Source of the DNA: a virus
UHGV virus genome: UHGV-0039337
DNA: 64,000 nt
Direction: 5' to 3' (one strand)
This document shows positions 1-10,400 of the stretch, piece by piece. The notes beneath the pieces are model-generated. The model was not told the DNA's origin. It ran no database searches and saw only the letters and a program-made list of their open reading frames with translations. The position numbers and the translations under genes were made by a program. The stretch's first letter is position 1. Each line of letters starts with the position of its first letter.

Positions 1-2863
1 AGGAGAAGCAAGTGTAGATGTTTATACTTCTAAATATAGATCAACATGGATAGGAGCACTGAATGTACCAGTTTCAGAAACAGGGCATGATAGTAAAACA
101 TTGGTATATTCTATGAGTTCAAGTGTGTGGGATGACTTTATTAGTGGAACTCATACTATATATTTTTTGTATCGTAGCAAAAATGTAACAGATGAACCAC
201 TTGCAGAATTTACTTTTATAAAAAAATACGACGGTTCTGTCGATCCTAAACCAGATCCTGATCCTAAACCAGATCCTGATCCTAAACCAGATCCTACTGA
301 AAAATTAGATACAAATTGGGTTGAACCAAACGATGAGTCTATAGTTAAAATGGGTATGCTTACAGATTTTGAATTCAGACTTTCTAGATCTAGAACGTTC
401 AAAAATGATTGGTATAATAGTGATTATAATAAAGAACCAAGTAATTTTTACAAAACTAGTTGTGACTATTGTAACTATTTATTTACTACTGCCACTAAAT
501 ATGAAAAAGAACATGACATGGAATGGAAATGGATTAAAACAGAAATAGATGGATCTGAAGCATATATATGTACATCAATGATTCTTATTAGATATCCAAT
601 AACTTATTATTATGATAAAATTCATAATAAAACTATGTGTATAGATGGAAAATATTATGAATTTAAAATATTAACACGTGATCAATGGACGGATTTATCT
701 ACTGATATTTTAAAAAAAATAGATTGGAATGGGTTTTATACAATTACCGATACCGACTACAATCCAGGTTCTCATGATTTAAAATATAAAATTACATATG
801 ATAAAGAAAACGGACTTGATTCTACATATGCAGAATATGATTCGTCTAGCTCAAGTAATACTGGGCTAATTCCAGTTTTATTTCCAATAACAGATCCTAC
901 TGGATATATCAGTCAATACGGAATTATTCATGATAAAAACGGAAATTTCGGTATAGCATTAAATGATCACGAGGGTTGCTATTATTTTGACAATGTTACT
1001 CATTCTAGTGAAAGTTGTAATTGGTATAAAACAAATATAAATGGTACAGAATTACTAGTTGGTAATGGTGGTATTATGATGTACAGTGCACCTCCCGATG
1101 TTGCTAAAACATATGAAGGCAAAACTGCATATATAAACGGAAATGTGTATAAAATTAGATTATTGTCTGAAGATGATATAAGAAATTTACCAAAATATAT
1201 TATAAAATCCATTAATTTTCTTGATTATAGACATAATGGTGTGAAGCTTTACGTATATACTACCACAACTTATGAAGACAAATGGAATTCGCCTAAATAT
1301 ATAAGATACGATAGTGCTAATGGTAAATTTGAGATACAACCATATGCAGCTAGTTCTATAGATCCGCAACCATATCCTTCTTTTGGATTAATGGTAGGTT
1401 TGGAATATATAGGATCAGCTCCTAATCAAATTAAATTAGGAGCTCTTAAAGATCTCAATAGAGATACAGTTTACTCTCCAAAAAAATATACAAATCAAGA
1501 ACTTTATGGCAATGAGGAAACAGTATATAATTATAATTTTATAGATACTGATGATGAAAGTAAAAAATGGTCTTGGATAGAAACTACTTTAAATGGAGAT
1601 CATATATTAATATCTAAATTTGGTGTAGGTCCAGCTGGATATGAATCTATATTAAATAATACTTATAAATTAATAGGAAGAAAAATTACGCTAGAAAACA
1701 AACAATACGAAATAATTAATTTATCTAGATCTGATGTACAAAAATTAGATTTTAGTGTTTTGAGTAGTATGGATTTTGGTTATAGCAGTAGTGCCCAATG
1801 GCATGATTTTACTAGTGAAATTACACCTTCTCATGATCCTAAATATGTAACTACTTTTAGTTTTTCTTGTTATCGTATTTTTGGAGAATTTGGACTTGAA
1901 TTTGTAGAAAATAACAGAGAAATAACTAGTTATTATGGTAGACATGCGTATTATCCTGTGCTTAAGTTATTGAATCAGCCTCCAACTATTTCAGAACAAG
2001 ATAAGCAACTAGAAGATAAAGTGAAACCATTTACTGTTTATTATTCTGTTGATGATGAAGATGTAGATGATAAGCTTACTATCACAGAAAAATTAAACGG
2101 CACAGTATACAGAACTATAACTAATGCCGTAAGAAAAAGTCAGTATTCATTTGAAATAAACAGTAGTATGTTTTCTAACTTAAAATTATATGAAATGAAT
2201 ACTATAGAGATTACAGTATCTGATGGTATGTTTTCTACAACTAGAACTTATATTTTTAGAAAAACAAATACTGCTCCAACTATTAATTATTCTGGAAGTG
2301 TTAACTTAGGAAGTATAACTTCAAAACCAACTATTGATTATAGCGTACATGATGCTGAAGGTGATGAAATAACGGTTACAGAAAGACTTAACGGTAAAAC
2401 TATACGTACTTTTACTACTACTTCTGATACTTCTTGTACTGTACAAATTTCAGATGATGCATGGCTTTCTTGTGGTAGTGATACAAGTACGGTAGAAATT
2501 ACAGTAAGAGATGATGTTGGAGGATCAAGTAGCAAAACTATTACTTTTAATAGAAATATAGACAGAATAGAAGCAATAACAAAGCCTATCGAAACTACAA
2601 ATGCAGTTACAAAAATATCATTAGAAATAGACTGGGATACAACTAATGCTTCAGGTAAAGTTTTTGTTTGCAATAATGGTTTTGATGATACTCCTACTTG
2701 GGAAGATATGACTACTTCTATCGGTCTTAATAATGCATATACTTTAACTAATAATACTAAAGTTGCCGATAAATGGGGTATAAGCGTTAAAGTCACAATT
2801 AAAAAAGATGAAGGAGCAACTAACGAAGTAAGCTTATATAGTATTAAAGGCACATATCAATAA
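1..2863 (+). CDS. Virion structural protein (tail-fibre/adhesin-like), probably 5'-partial. Contains a (DPKPDP)3 Pro-rich linker and repeated about 90-aa beta-sandwich-like 'E(K/R)LNG' modules.
   Basis: The frame is open from the window edge with no stop before the TTG at 101 or the ATG at 113, and there is no RBS at either, so the gene probably starts upstream. The 920-aa ORF is Asn/Tyr/Thr-rich, typical of fibre proteins. Modules are shared with the ORFs at 6232 and 7425. Confidence 0.6.
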   Translation, partial: GEASVDVYTSKYRSTWIGALNVPVSETGHDSKTLVYSMSSSVWDDFISGTHTIYFLYRSKNVTDEPLAEFTFIKKYDGSVDPKPDPDPKPDPDPKPDPTEKLDTNWVEPNDESIVKMGMLTDFEFRLSRSRTFKNDWYNSDYNKEPSNFYKTSCDYCNYLFTTATKYEKEHDMEWKWIKTEIDGSEAYICTSMILIRYPITYYYDKIHNKTMCIDGKYYEFKILTRDQWTDLSTDILKKIDWNGFYTITDTDYNPGSHDLKYKITYDKENGLDSTYAEYDSSSSSNTGLIPVLFPITDPTGYISQYGIIHDKNGNFGIALNDHEGCYYFDNVTHSSESCNWYKTNINGTELLVGNGGIMMYSAPPDVAKTYEGKTAYINGNVYKIRLLSEDDIRNLPKYIIKSINFLDYRHNGVKLYVYTTTTYEDKWNSPKYIRYDSANGKFEIQPYAASSIDPQPYPSFGLMVGLEYIGSAPNQIKLGALKDLNRDTVYSPKKYTNQELYGNEETVYNYNFIDTDDESKKWSWIETTLNGDHILISKFGVGPAGYESILNNTYKLIGRKITLENKQYEIINLSRSDVQKLDFSVLSSMDFGYSSSAQWHDFTSEITPSHDPKYVTTFSFSCYRIFGEFGLEFVENNREITSYYGRHAYYPVLKLLNQPPTISEQDKQLEDKVKPFTVYYSVDDEDVDDKLTITEKLNGTVYRTITNAVRKSQYSFEINSSMFSNLKLYEMNTIEITVSDGMFSTTRTYIFRKTNTAPTINYSGSVNLGSITSKPTIDYSVHDAEGDEITVTERLNGKTIRTFTTTSDTSCTVQISDDAWLSCGSDTSTVEITVRDDVGGSSSKTITFNRNIDRIEAITKPIETTNAVTKISLEIDWDTTNASGKVFVCNNGFDDTPTWEDMTTSIGLNNAYTLTNNTKVADKWGISVKVTIKKDEGATNEVSLYSIKGTYQ
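243..296. repeat. Three perfect tandem copies of an 18-bp unit (gatcctaaaccagatcct) encoding the DPKPDP linker.
   Basis: Read directly from the sequence at 243-260, 261-278 and 279-296. Confidence 0.9.
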
Positions 2864-2946
2864 TAGTTATTGATATTTAAATATAAATATTTTATCAATA
2901 TAGACCTGTGTAAATAATAAAATGGTCTATAGAAAGGAGGATATGT

Positions 2947-5900
2947 ATGTCTCGTTATTTGTGGCCGTTAGGTAGTAATTACAATAATGAATATATGGAT
3001 ACTGATGACTTCTTAAAAAATTGCCGAACAGTTGATAAACACGGAAATTACGTTAATATTAAATGGAGAGTACAACCAGGTTTTGTGCCTTTTAACTATA
3101 TAACTAATCATTATCCGCTTGAAGGACAATCAGAACAAATAGAAGCTAGTGGTATTTATTCAGAAGAAGGATTAGCATTAGATCCTTTCTTTAGAGGTTA
3201 TTACTTTTCAGATGAATATATGAGTGTACACGCTGAATCTCGTAAGAGAGTATTTGGTGGAGAAGGAGTAAGGTTAACAAAGCTTTACTATAGAATTAAT
3301 GATAATAAATGGATGGAATTATCTCCAGGATTAAAATTTATAGATTTCAATCTAACCAACAATGGTGATAAAATAGATATACAAGCCACTTATCAGGTAT
3401 GGACAATGGGTAATCCCCATAGTCCTATTCCGTTTATGTGGTTAGGAGATGAAGGCGGAGTTTATAATGATGGTAAAAATAAATTTACCGACTCTGTACC
3501 GATAAACCCTGGTAGAAAATATTCAGGTATGATTAACTATCATAAAGGTAAAGATTACAATGCAAGTTGGAAATTAAAAAATGTTAGTTGGTACGCTCCA
3601 GGTTCTACTATGTTAGAATCAAACTGGGCTTATCAAAACTCAATATTTTTTAGAAATGAAATATATAAAAAACATGGTAAGTATTTAGATACATGGAGTG
3701 AAGAATTAAACTGTCAAAAATTCAATGAAGAATTTATGGATGCACCTCCAGGATATTGGACTTTTAGTTGGAGTTCTGGTTGGAACTATAATTACAGTAG
3801 ATATAATACTTATGACACTACAAGTAAATGGTGGAAAAGTCCATATAAAACTAGAAAAGGTATATGGTGGGTTTATGAAAAAACATATACTGATTCTTTC
3901 GTAGCTTCTGATTTATACAGTTATTCCAAAAAAGAAAAAGTTAAAGATGTATCTTTTAAAGTATTGCCAATGGATAGAAATTGGACAAGAACAAAATGGC
4001 TTAACGGAACAAAAGGACAAATAGTTATTAATTTTAAAGGGCCATATGAAGCTTTTGTTGATATATATGCAAAACAATTGGTATACTCAACAGAAGTAGA
4101 GACACTATTAAAATCAAATGTTCGTATAACTAGTTATGGTGATAATAAAATAGATATAAGGTTTACGGATTATCCTGAATTGTATCGTTCTAAAGATATA
4201 GTATATTATATTAAAATATATCCTTCCGATGTAAACGATAAAAAATGCGAATATGAATTAAGCGATATATCGTATTTATCTCTTCTTAAATATGGTTCAC
4301 ATTATTATAATGATGAACCACCATGGATATCAAATGTACAAATAAAACGTATAGATAGTGCAGACGATATGCCTAAAGATTTTGATAAAAAAATCGATTA
4401 CGATTATTACTGGTCAGAAAATGAACGCATAAATGAAGAATGGATTAAGAATAAAGAACTGTATCAAATAACTTGGGATATACCTAAAGATCCGGATAAT
4501 GATATTGTAGATTATACATATATTACTGATAAAGGTAATTTAAGTGATGTAACCTTTTCTCCATCAGAAAATTATACAGTTGAATATGGTAGACAAAATG
4601 ATTGGACTTTGAGATATAGAAGAGGTCAAGAAGAAAGCAGTAATGAAAATGCAACTTTACAAGATGTGCAAGAAACAAATATAAAATATGATTCACGTAA
4701 AGAAAAGCTATATTCAAAGGATAATTTTGCATTATATCGTATACCATCTAAACGTTTTATTAAAGACGATAAAGGTAACTTTATAGATCCATTAAATTTA
4801 TGGATAATACCACACGATGGTAATAATAATAATTATTATTATGGTACTAGAGTAAATTTACTACATGTAGATAAAGCGCCAATAGTTTTAGAGGTACTAG
4901 ATAATAAAAATGAATTGAATGATGCTGGCAAACTTAAATTATTTCATGGAAATTATATAAATGCAACAGTAGATATAAAGATTCATTTATTTATGTCCGA
5001 TAAACCTCATGATAAGAGTACAGGTAAATATCTGGGAACAATTTATGAAGGTAAATTAGAGCCAGGATATACTACTAAAACTATAAATGCATATAGTAAA
5101 ATTAGCAATAATAAAAGAATCAAAAGAGGACACTATATTAAGTATGCTATAGAGTGTAAAAATCTTGATCAAAATTTCGATCCATATGCTACTGATGCAT
5201 GGGATTTAGCAGAAGGATATCATTTATTCAACTGCTTACCAACACCAGTAACTCCTTTTATATGTGAAAATAAAATAAATTTATTTGAAGATAAAAAAGC
5301 AACAATAGCATGGAATGAATCTATAGATAATGATAATGAACCTGTATCTTATATACTATATATAGCAGCTGTTAATAAGCCAGAAATGAATAAGTATACT
5401 GATCATTTTTGGATTAATGGAGATCAAGATGAGAATTATGAAAAGAGAAAATTCTGCAAAAAGGTAGATGTAGGTACAACATTGCCTAGTAAAGATTTTC
5501 CTTATCAACTTGATTTATCAGAATTTGAAGAGAACGACGGCATTAAAATATGGATAACTGCTAAAGATAATACTAGTTCTATTAGATTCTTAACTGGTAA
5601 TACGTTAGATATAAGTAATTTAAGTGTTCGTTTATATCCACCTCAAATTATAACTACTGATGCAAGAGCCATAGGATTATTAGGAGAAGACATGATTGAT
5701 GGAGATAGTGGATATGTTAAAGTATGTCAAGTCAATAATGAAGCTGAATTAGCTACTGTTACATTACATGCCATATGTAAAAAGATGAGCGGACCTGAAA
5801 AAGGTGATATGAAATTATTTGAAAATATAGCTACATGGAATCTTAATAGTGGTGAATGGTCACCTAATACTAAGATTAATTTTAAAGTAGCATTTGGTAA

Positions 5901-6195
5901 AGAATGGTCCAATAGTGAAGTAAGATATTTTGCAGTATCTACTACTAAATCAGGATTAAGCAGTTATGATTCAGATGAAATTACTACTGATGCTTATGAT
6001 ATATGGATAGATGGACACGTATATAATGAAGAGCCTAATGTATCTATCATAAGACGTAATAAACAAAAAAGTAACTTACATAAAAATGCATATATAGATT
6101 GGAGCTATATGATAGATGAACGCTTCACTGATAAAAATACAATTACTATAGTGGATGGAGCATATAATCCTGTAGTACCTAAGTTATTCTATTAA
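2947..6195 (+). CDS. Large virion structural protein (baseplate/fibre-like) with recurring GSHYYNDEPP and DPDND motifs.
   Basis: 1082-aa ORF with a GGAGG RBS at 2934-2938. The motifs LLKYGSHYYNDEPPW and WDIPKDPDNDIVDY recur in the ORF at 7425. Confidence 0.6.
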   Translation: MSRYLWPLGSNYNNEYMDTDDFLKNCRTVDKHGNYVNIKWRVQPGFVPFNYITNHYPLEGQSEQIEASGIYSEEGLALDPFFRGYYFSDEYMSVHAESRKRVFGGEGVRLTKLYYRINDNKWMELSPGLKFIDFNLTNNGDKIDIQATYQVWTMGNPHSPIPFMWLGDEGGVYNDGKNKFTDSVPINPGRKYSGMINYHKGKDYNASWKLKNVSWYAPGSTMLESNWAYQNSIFFRNEIYKKHGKYLDTWSEELNCQKFNEEFMDAPPGYWTFSWSSGWNYNYSRYNTYDTTSKWWKSPYKTRKGIWWVYEKTYTDSFVASDLYSYSKKEKVKDVSFKVLPMDRNWTRTKWLNGTKGQIVINFKGPYEAFVDIYAKQLVYSTEVETLLKSNVRITSYGDNKIDIRFTDYPELYRSKDIVYYIKIYPSDVNDKKCEYELSDISYLSLLKYGSHYYNDEPPWISNVQIKRIDSADDMPKDFDKKIDYDYYWSENERINEEWIKNKELYQITWDIPKDPDNDIVDYTYITDKGNLSDVTFSPSENYTVEYGRQNDWTLRYRRGQEESSNENATLQDVQETNIKYDSRKEKLYSKDNFALYRIPSKRFIKDDKGNFIDPLNLWIIPHDGNNNNYYYGTRVNLLHVDKAPIVLEVLDNKNELNDAGKLKLFHGNYINATVDIKIHLFMSDKPHDKSTGKYLGTIYEGKLEPGYTTKTINAYSKISNNKRIKRGHYIKYAIECKNLDQNFDPYATDAWDLAEGYHLFNCLPTPVTPFICENKINLFEDKKATIAWNESIDNDNEPVSYILYIAAVNKPEMNKYTDHFWINGDQDENYEKRKFCKKVDVGTTLPSKDFPYQLDLSEFEENDGIKIWITAKDNTSSIRFLTGNTLDISNLSVRLYPPQIITTDARAIGLLGEDMIDGDSGYVKVCQVNNEAELATVTLHAICKKMSGPEKGDMKLFENIATWNLNSGEWSPNTKINFKVAFGKEWSNSEVRYFAVSTTKSGLSSYDSDEITTDAYDIWIDGHVYNEEPNVSIIRRNKQKSNLHKNAYIDWSYMIDERFTDKNTITIVDGAYNPVVPKLFY

Positions 6196-6231
6196 AATAA
6201 AATATAAATAATATGGAGATGATAAGAAAAA

Positions 6232-7413
6232 ATGAGCGGCAGTATTTCAGTAAACGGTTCTACATCTTTGGGGGTAATAACAAGTCCCCCTTCTTTTTCA
6301 TTCGATATAACTAGCAATAAATCAACAGGAGTTAATTATTATTTAGATGATACATCTTATTGGGTAGGAGGGCAAGCTATTGGTTTTGATGAATGGGGCG
6401 GTGGAACTACTACAAGAAACGAATCAATGTCTCAATCGACATGGAATAATCTTGAAGATGGAGAACATACTTTATATATAAAAGGTATTAATGGTGAAAA
6501 TACAGCAAGTATAACGTTTATAAAGAATAATAGTAATGCTCCTGATCCATTACCTCCTTCTTATAATCCACCTGTATATAATCCACCTATATATGATCCA
6601 TCTTCATGGTATTATCCTCATTCATCTGACACTATACCTCCTCCTTCATATCCTAACTTTAAGGATAATGAAGTAGTAAAAATGGGTATATTATGCAAAA
6701 TAACTAATCGTAATGGAGAAATTAAAACAGAATACATTAAACAAAATAAAAATTATTATGAAGATTGGGATATTAATACTATCCCTCGTTATAGAGATGG
6801 TTCAGTTATATCAGCATACGAGAGTGGTCCATATTGGAGTCGTGAACAAATTAAGTTTGTAGATGCAGATAGTTCCCTTAATGAATGGACATGGATAAAA
6901 ACTACTATCGATAAGAAAACTTTTTTAATTTCTACTACTTTTGCTCCACAAGATTATTTATATCCATTAAATGAAATCATAGTATCATTAAAAGGTACAT
7001 TGTTTAAGCTTAGATCATTAACTTCAAAAGAATGGTTTAAAGTTGATAAGTCAATATTGGAGAAAATTGACTGGGATGGATATTATACTCCAACTAGAAC
7101 ATTTATGGGAAAAGATGATAGCTATTATAACTTTTTGCTTGATTATACAGATGATGAATTTAATAAATGGATGGATAATAATTTAGTTAAACTAAAAGAA
7201 GAACATCATGAAGCCATAACATATATTCCTGAAAAAATGAAATCACAAGTAATATCTTCTCGTGTTTCAAAATGGGAATACTTTTCAGATTATTTGAATT
7301 TTAGCACAGTATCTACAGCAGTATCATGGATACCAGTATTAGAATTAATTAATACAAGTCCAAGTATAGTATTACCAGATAAAGATAAAGAAGATAAAGT
7401 AATACATTTATAG
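6232..7413 (+). CDS. Structural protein paralog: Pro-rich NPP/PPS linker followed by the conserved VKMG...W.WIKT.ID module.
   Basis: 393 aa. Shares DNEVVKMGIL...WTWIKTTID and ILEKIDWDGYYTPT with ORF1 (DESIVKMGML...WKWIKTEID; ILKKIDWNGFYTIT). Confidence 0.6.
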   Translation: MSGSISVNGSTSLGVITSPPSFSFDITSNKSTGVNYYLDDTSYWVGGQAIGFDEWGGGTTTRNESMSQSTWNNLEDGEHTLYIKGINGENTASITFIKNNSNAPDPLPPSYNPPVYNPPIYDPSSWYYPHSSDTIPPPSYPNFKDNEVVKMGILCKITNRNGEIKTEYIKQNKNYYEDWDINTIPRYRDGSVISAYESGPYWSREQIKFVDADSSLNEWTWIKTTIDKKTFLISTTFAPQDYLYPLNEIIVSLKGTLFKLRSLTSKEWFKVDKSILEKIDWDGYYTPTRTFMGKDDSYYNFLLDYTDDEFNKWMDNNLVKLKEEHHEAITYIPEKMKSQVISSRVSKWEYFSDYLNFSTVSTAVSWIPVLELINTSPSIVLPDKDKEDKVIHL

Positions 7414-7424
7414 GAGGTGATATA

Positions 7425-10400
7425 TTGCATACAACTAAATACGACATAATTAATTCTATTGATGCTGACTTAGGAATGCTAGGTTCTGACGGCACACATT
7501 TATGGAATAGTAATTCTTCAACAATACATATAGGTAATATGGTAAGTTATACTAGCTGTACTTTAATTGCTTTGTTTAAAGGGCTTGATTCCGACAGATT
7601 ATTAGGAGGTCATGCTGCACTTACTGTAAGCATAGATGGAGGTTACGGATCTTTTATTCATAGTTTTATTATAGATCAATCAGATATAAATAATGGACAG
7701 AAATATGTGCAATGTGGTGTTTCTCCAACAAGTTCAGTATATGGTAAAGAATCATCATATAACTTATCAGTAGGAATTACGGTAGTAGATAAAAACGATA
7801 TAGTTGTTTGTGATTCTACAAGATCACTTAATTTTTCTGTTTTTTTTACTGTTCCAACTTATCCTGATCCAGAGCCTGAACCAAAACCACCAGCTAGAGA
7901 GAAACCTAAATATGATGTTAAATTTGGTACTTTATACATAAATAGCAAATCAATGCAACATAATAATTTTTCTAATGAATGTACTAGAGATGAAGGTACC
8001 ATGACTTTTAAAGATACAGTTAAGGGCAAAGAATGGGAATGGGTTAAAGTAGTAACAGATAAAAAAATCATATATGTATCTACAGTTTTTGCAAGAAGAA
8101 ATGTATCTATTGATGAAATAGCACAGGCTAATGACACTATTGTAACGATAGACAAAAATAAATATAAACTTAAAACATTAATAGAATATAATCAATTATG
8201 TTATATAATTAATGATATGATTGCAAATGAAAAAATAGACTTAGAGTATGATGCTGATACTTCAAAATATGATATACCACTTAAAAATATAGAAACGAAT
8301 AATAATTCATCAATTAATGAATATACCGTATGCTCTGTTAATAACCATTACCCATATATACATTATAATCATACTATAAAAGGAAAAGATAAAAATTATG
8401 ACACAGTCATTTTACCTATATTAGAGCCAATAAAAGATGAAGAAGAACCACCTAAAGGTATTGATCTTGGCGTACAAAATGCAGCATTTGGCGTACGTTA
8501 TTTAGCAAAAGATCCTGATAAAGAACAAACATTAACAGTAGTTGAAAAACTAAATGGAAATATAATACAAACAATAAATAATTTCGATAGAAGTCAGCCT
8601 GGTATGGTTAAAATAACAAACGAATTACTTAGACCATTACTGATTGGTTCTATAAATTATATAGAGATAGATGTTTCTGATGGTTTTGTTACAGTTAAAC
8701 AGATATTAACATTTACAAAAGGAAATACTCCACCAGTTGTTACTTGCTATTGCAGTGATGAATTAGGAGAATTAGAAGAAAGACCTGTTATAGAATATTC
8801 CGTTAATGATGTTGATGGAGATGCGGTAACAGTAGTAGAAGAAATAAATGATATACAAACAAGATCATTTACAGCTACATTAAATGAAAAATATACAGCA
8901 GAAATACCTAAAGAGTTTTGGGAAAAATGTGAATATAATAAAAACACATTAAAAATAACAGCTATAGACGCTCGTGAGGCAAAAGATGTTAAAGAAATAA
9001 ACTTTACAAAAGCTAAATTACGTACGGCTTATACTGTTTTTTATGCAGTAGATGGAGATTTAAGACGTGAAAAACTTTTTATATCTATTGATGGCAAAGA
9101 AGAAATGCGTAAATATACTTTTACTGATACTACTTATGACACTGGTATAAATTTTGATTTAAAAGATATATCTGAAGGAGTAGAAATAAAAGCATGGATG
9201 GTAGCTCATAATAATTATGCTACTGAAAAATATAAGAGTAGTAATATATTAACTTTTAAGAAAAGCCTATATGGTAAACCTAATCCTAAAGTTGTACTTA
9301 CTCAAAACCATAGTGAGTATGGCTATTTAAAATTAACATATGATCATGATGATTTAGAGTTTAAAGACAATAAATGGATATCAAAGGATCCTGACAGAGA
9401 ACCTAATGAATTTATAGGTAATGTAGAAATACATTGTTATATTGATGGAAAATATGAAAAACAATATCCTATTGAAAATAATATCATACACGGTGGAGAA
9501 TCTATAACTTATAAAATAAATTTCAATGAAATAAGTCCAGGTTCTCGTAGCCATAAAATACAATATTTAGTTATTATAACTGATATAGAATCAAATAAGA
9601 AAAATATCGATATTGAACCCGGTATGTTTAATGTTGATAATCCTGTGTTAGGTTTGCAAGCAATAGAAGGTTCTCACTATTATAATGATGAACCTCTTGA
9701 TCCTAATGTTAGTTATAGTAATAATAAGTATTCTAATAACGTGTTAGAATATGAATTTTCTCATATAGACTTCATCTGGGATGGAGGTAAAGATCCTGAT
9801 GGAGATAAATGTATATATAATGTGTATATAAAAACACCTGAATCACTTAACGAAACATTAAAAACTGTATCTATATCTAGCAGAACTGGACCACATGCCA
9901 TACAATATAATCGTAAATATAGAATAACAGAAATATACAATGAAAATAATGAAGTTATAGGTTCTAATGTAGAACGTTATGATGATAATAACACTTATAA
10001 ACATATACAAACTAATAAATATGTAGGTATACATATTGATTATTTAAAAGATAGTTTAGATAAGTTTTGGCCTGAAAATGAAAATTACACTATTTACGTA
10101 GAGGCAAGAGATGTTAGAACATGGGATAACAGCTATTATGGATTTGGTGGCGAAGCAGGTAAAGGTATTGAATATCATAGAAGAAAACATGCTTATCCTA
10201 ATGATGTACAGTTGACAATAATACCTAATTTGGTCGATGGATTAGGTGACGGAGAAAAAGGTAGAATTATTGTTTTATATGATCATTCAGAAATAACTGA
10301 TAAATCAGGTATAGTAGATATCTATGCTTATCAAGATAATCAATTAATATGTAAGGTTTATAGCGGAGAATTCTATCCAAAGAAAGAACAAACGATAACT

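Noticed and set aside
151-402. Minus-strand 83-aa ORF rich in GSGLGSGS. Similar short antisense ORFs occur inside other large plus-strand structural genes (2338..2853, 7859..8155, 8747..8947 and others).
   Set aside because: They lie entirely antisense to long, well-supported genes. The GSGLGS repeat is just the reverse-frame shadow of the DPKPDP repeat. They have no RBS and low-complexity composition.
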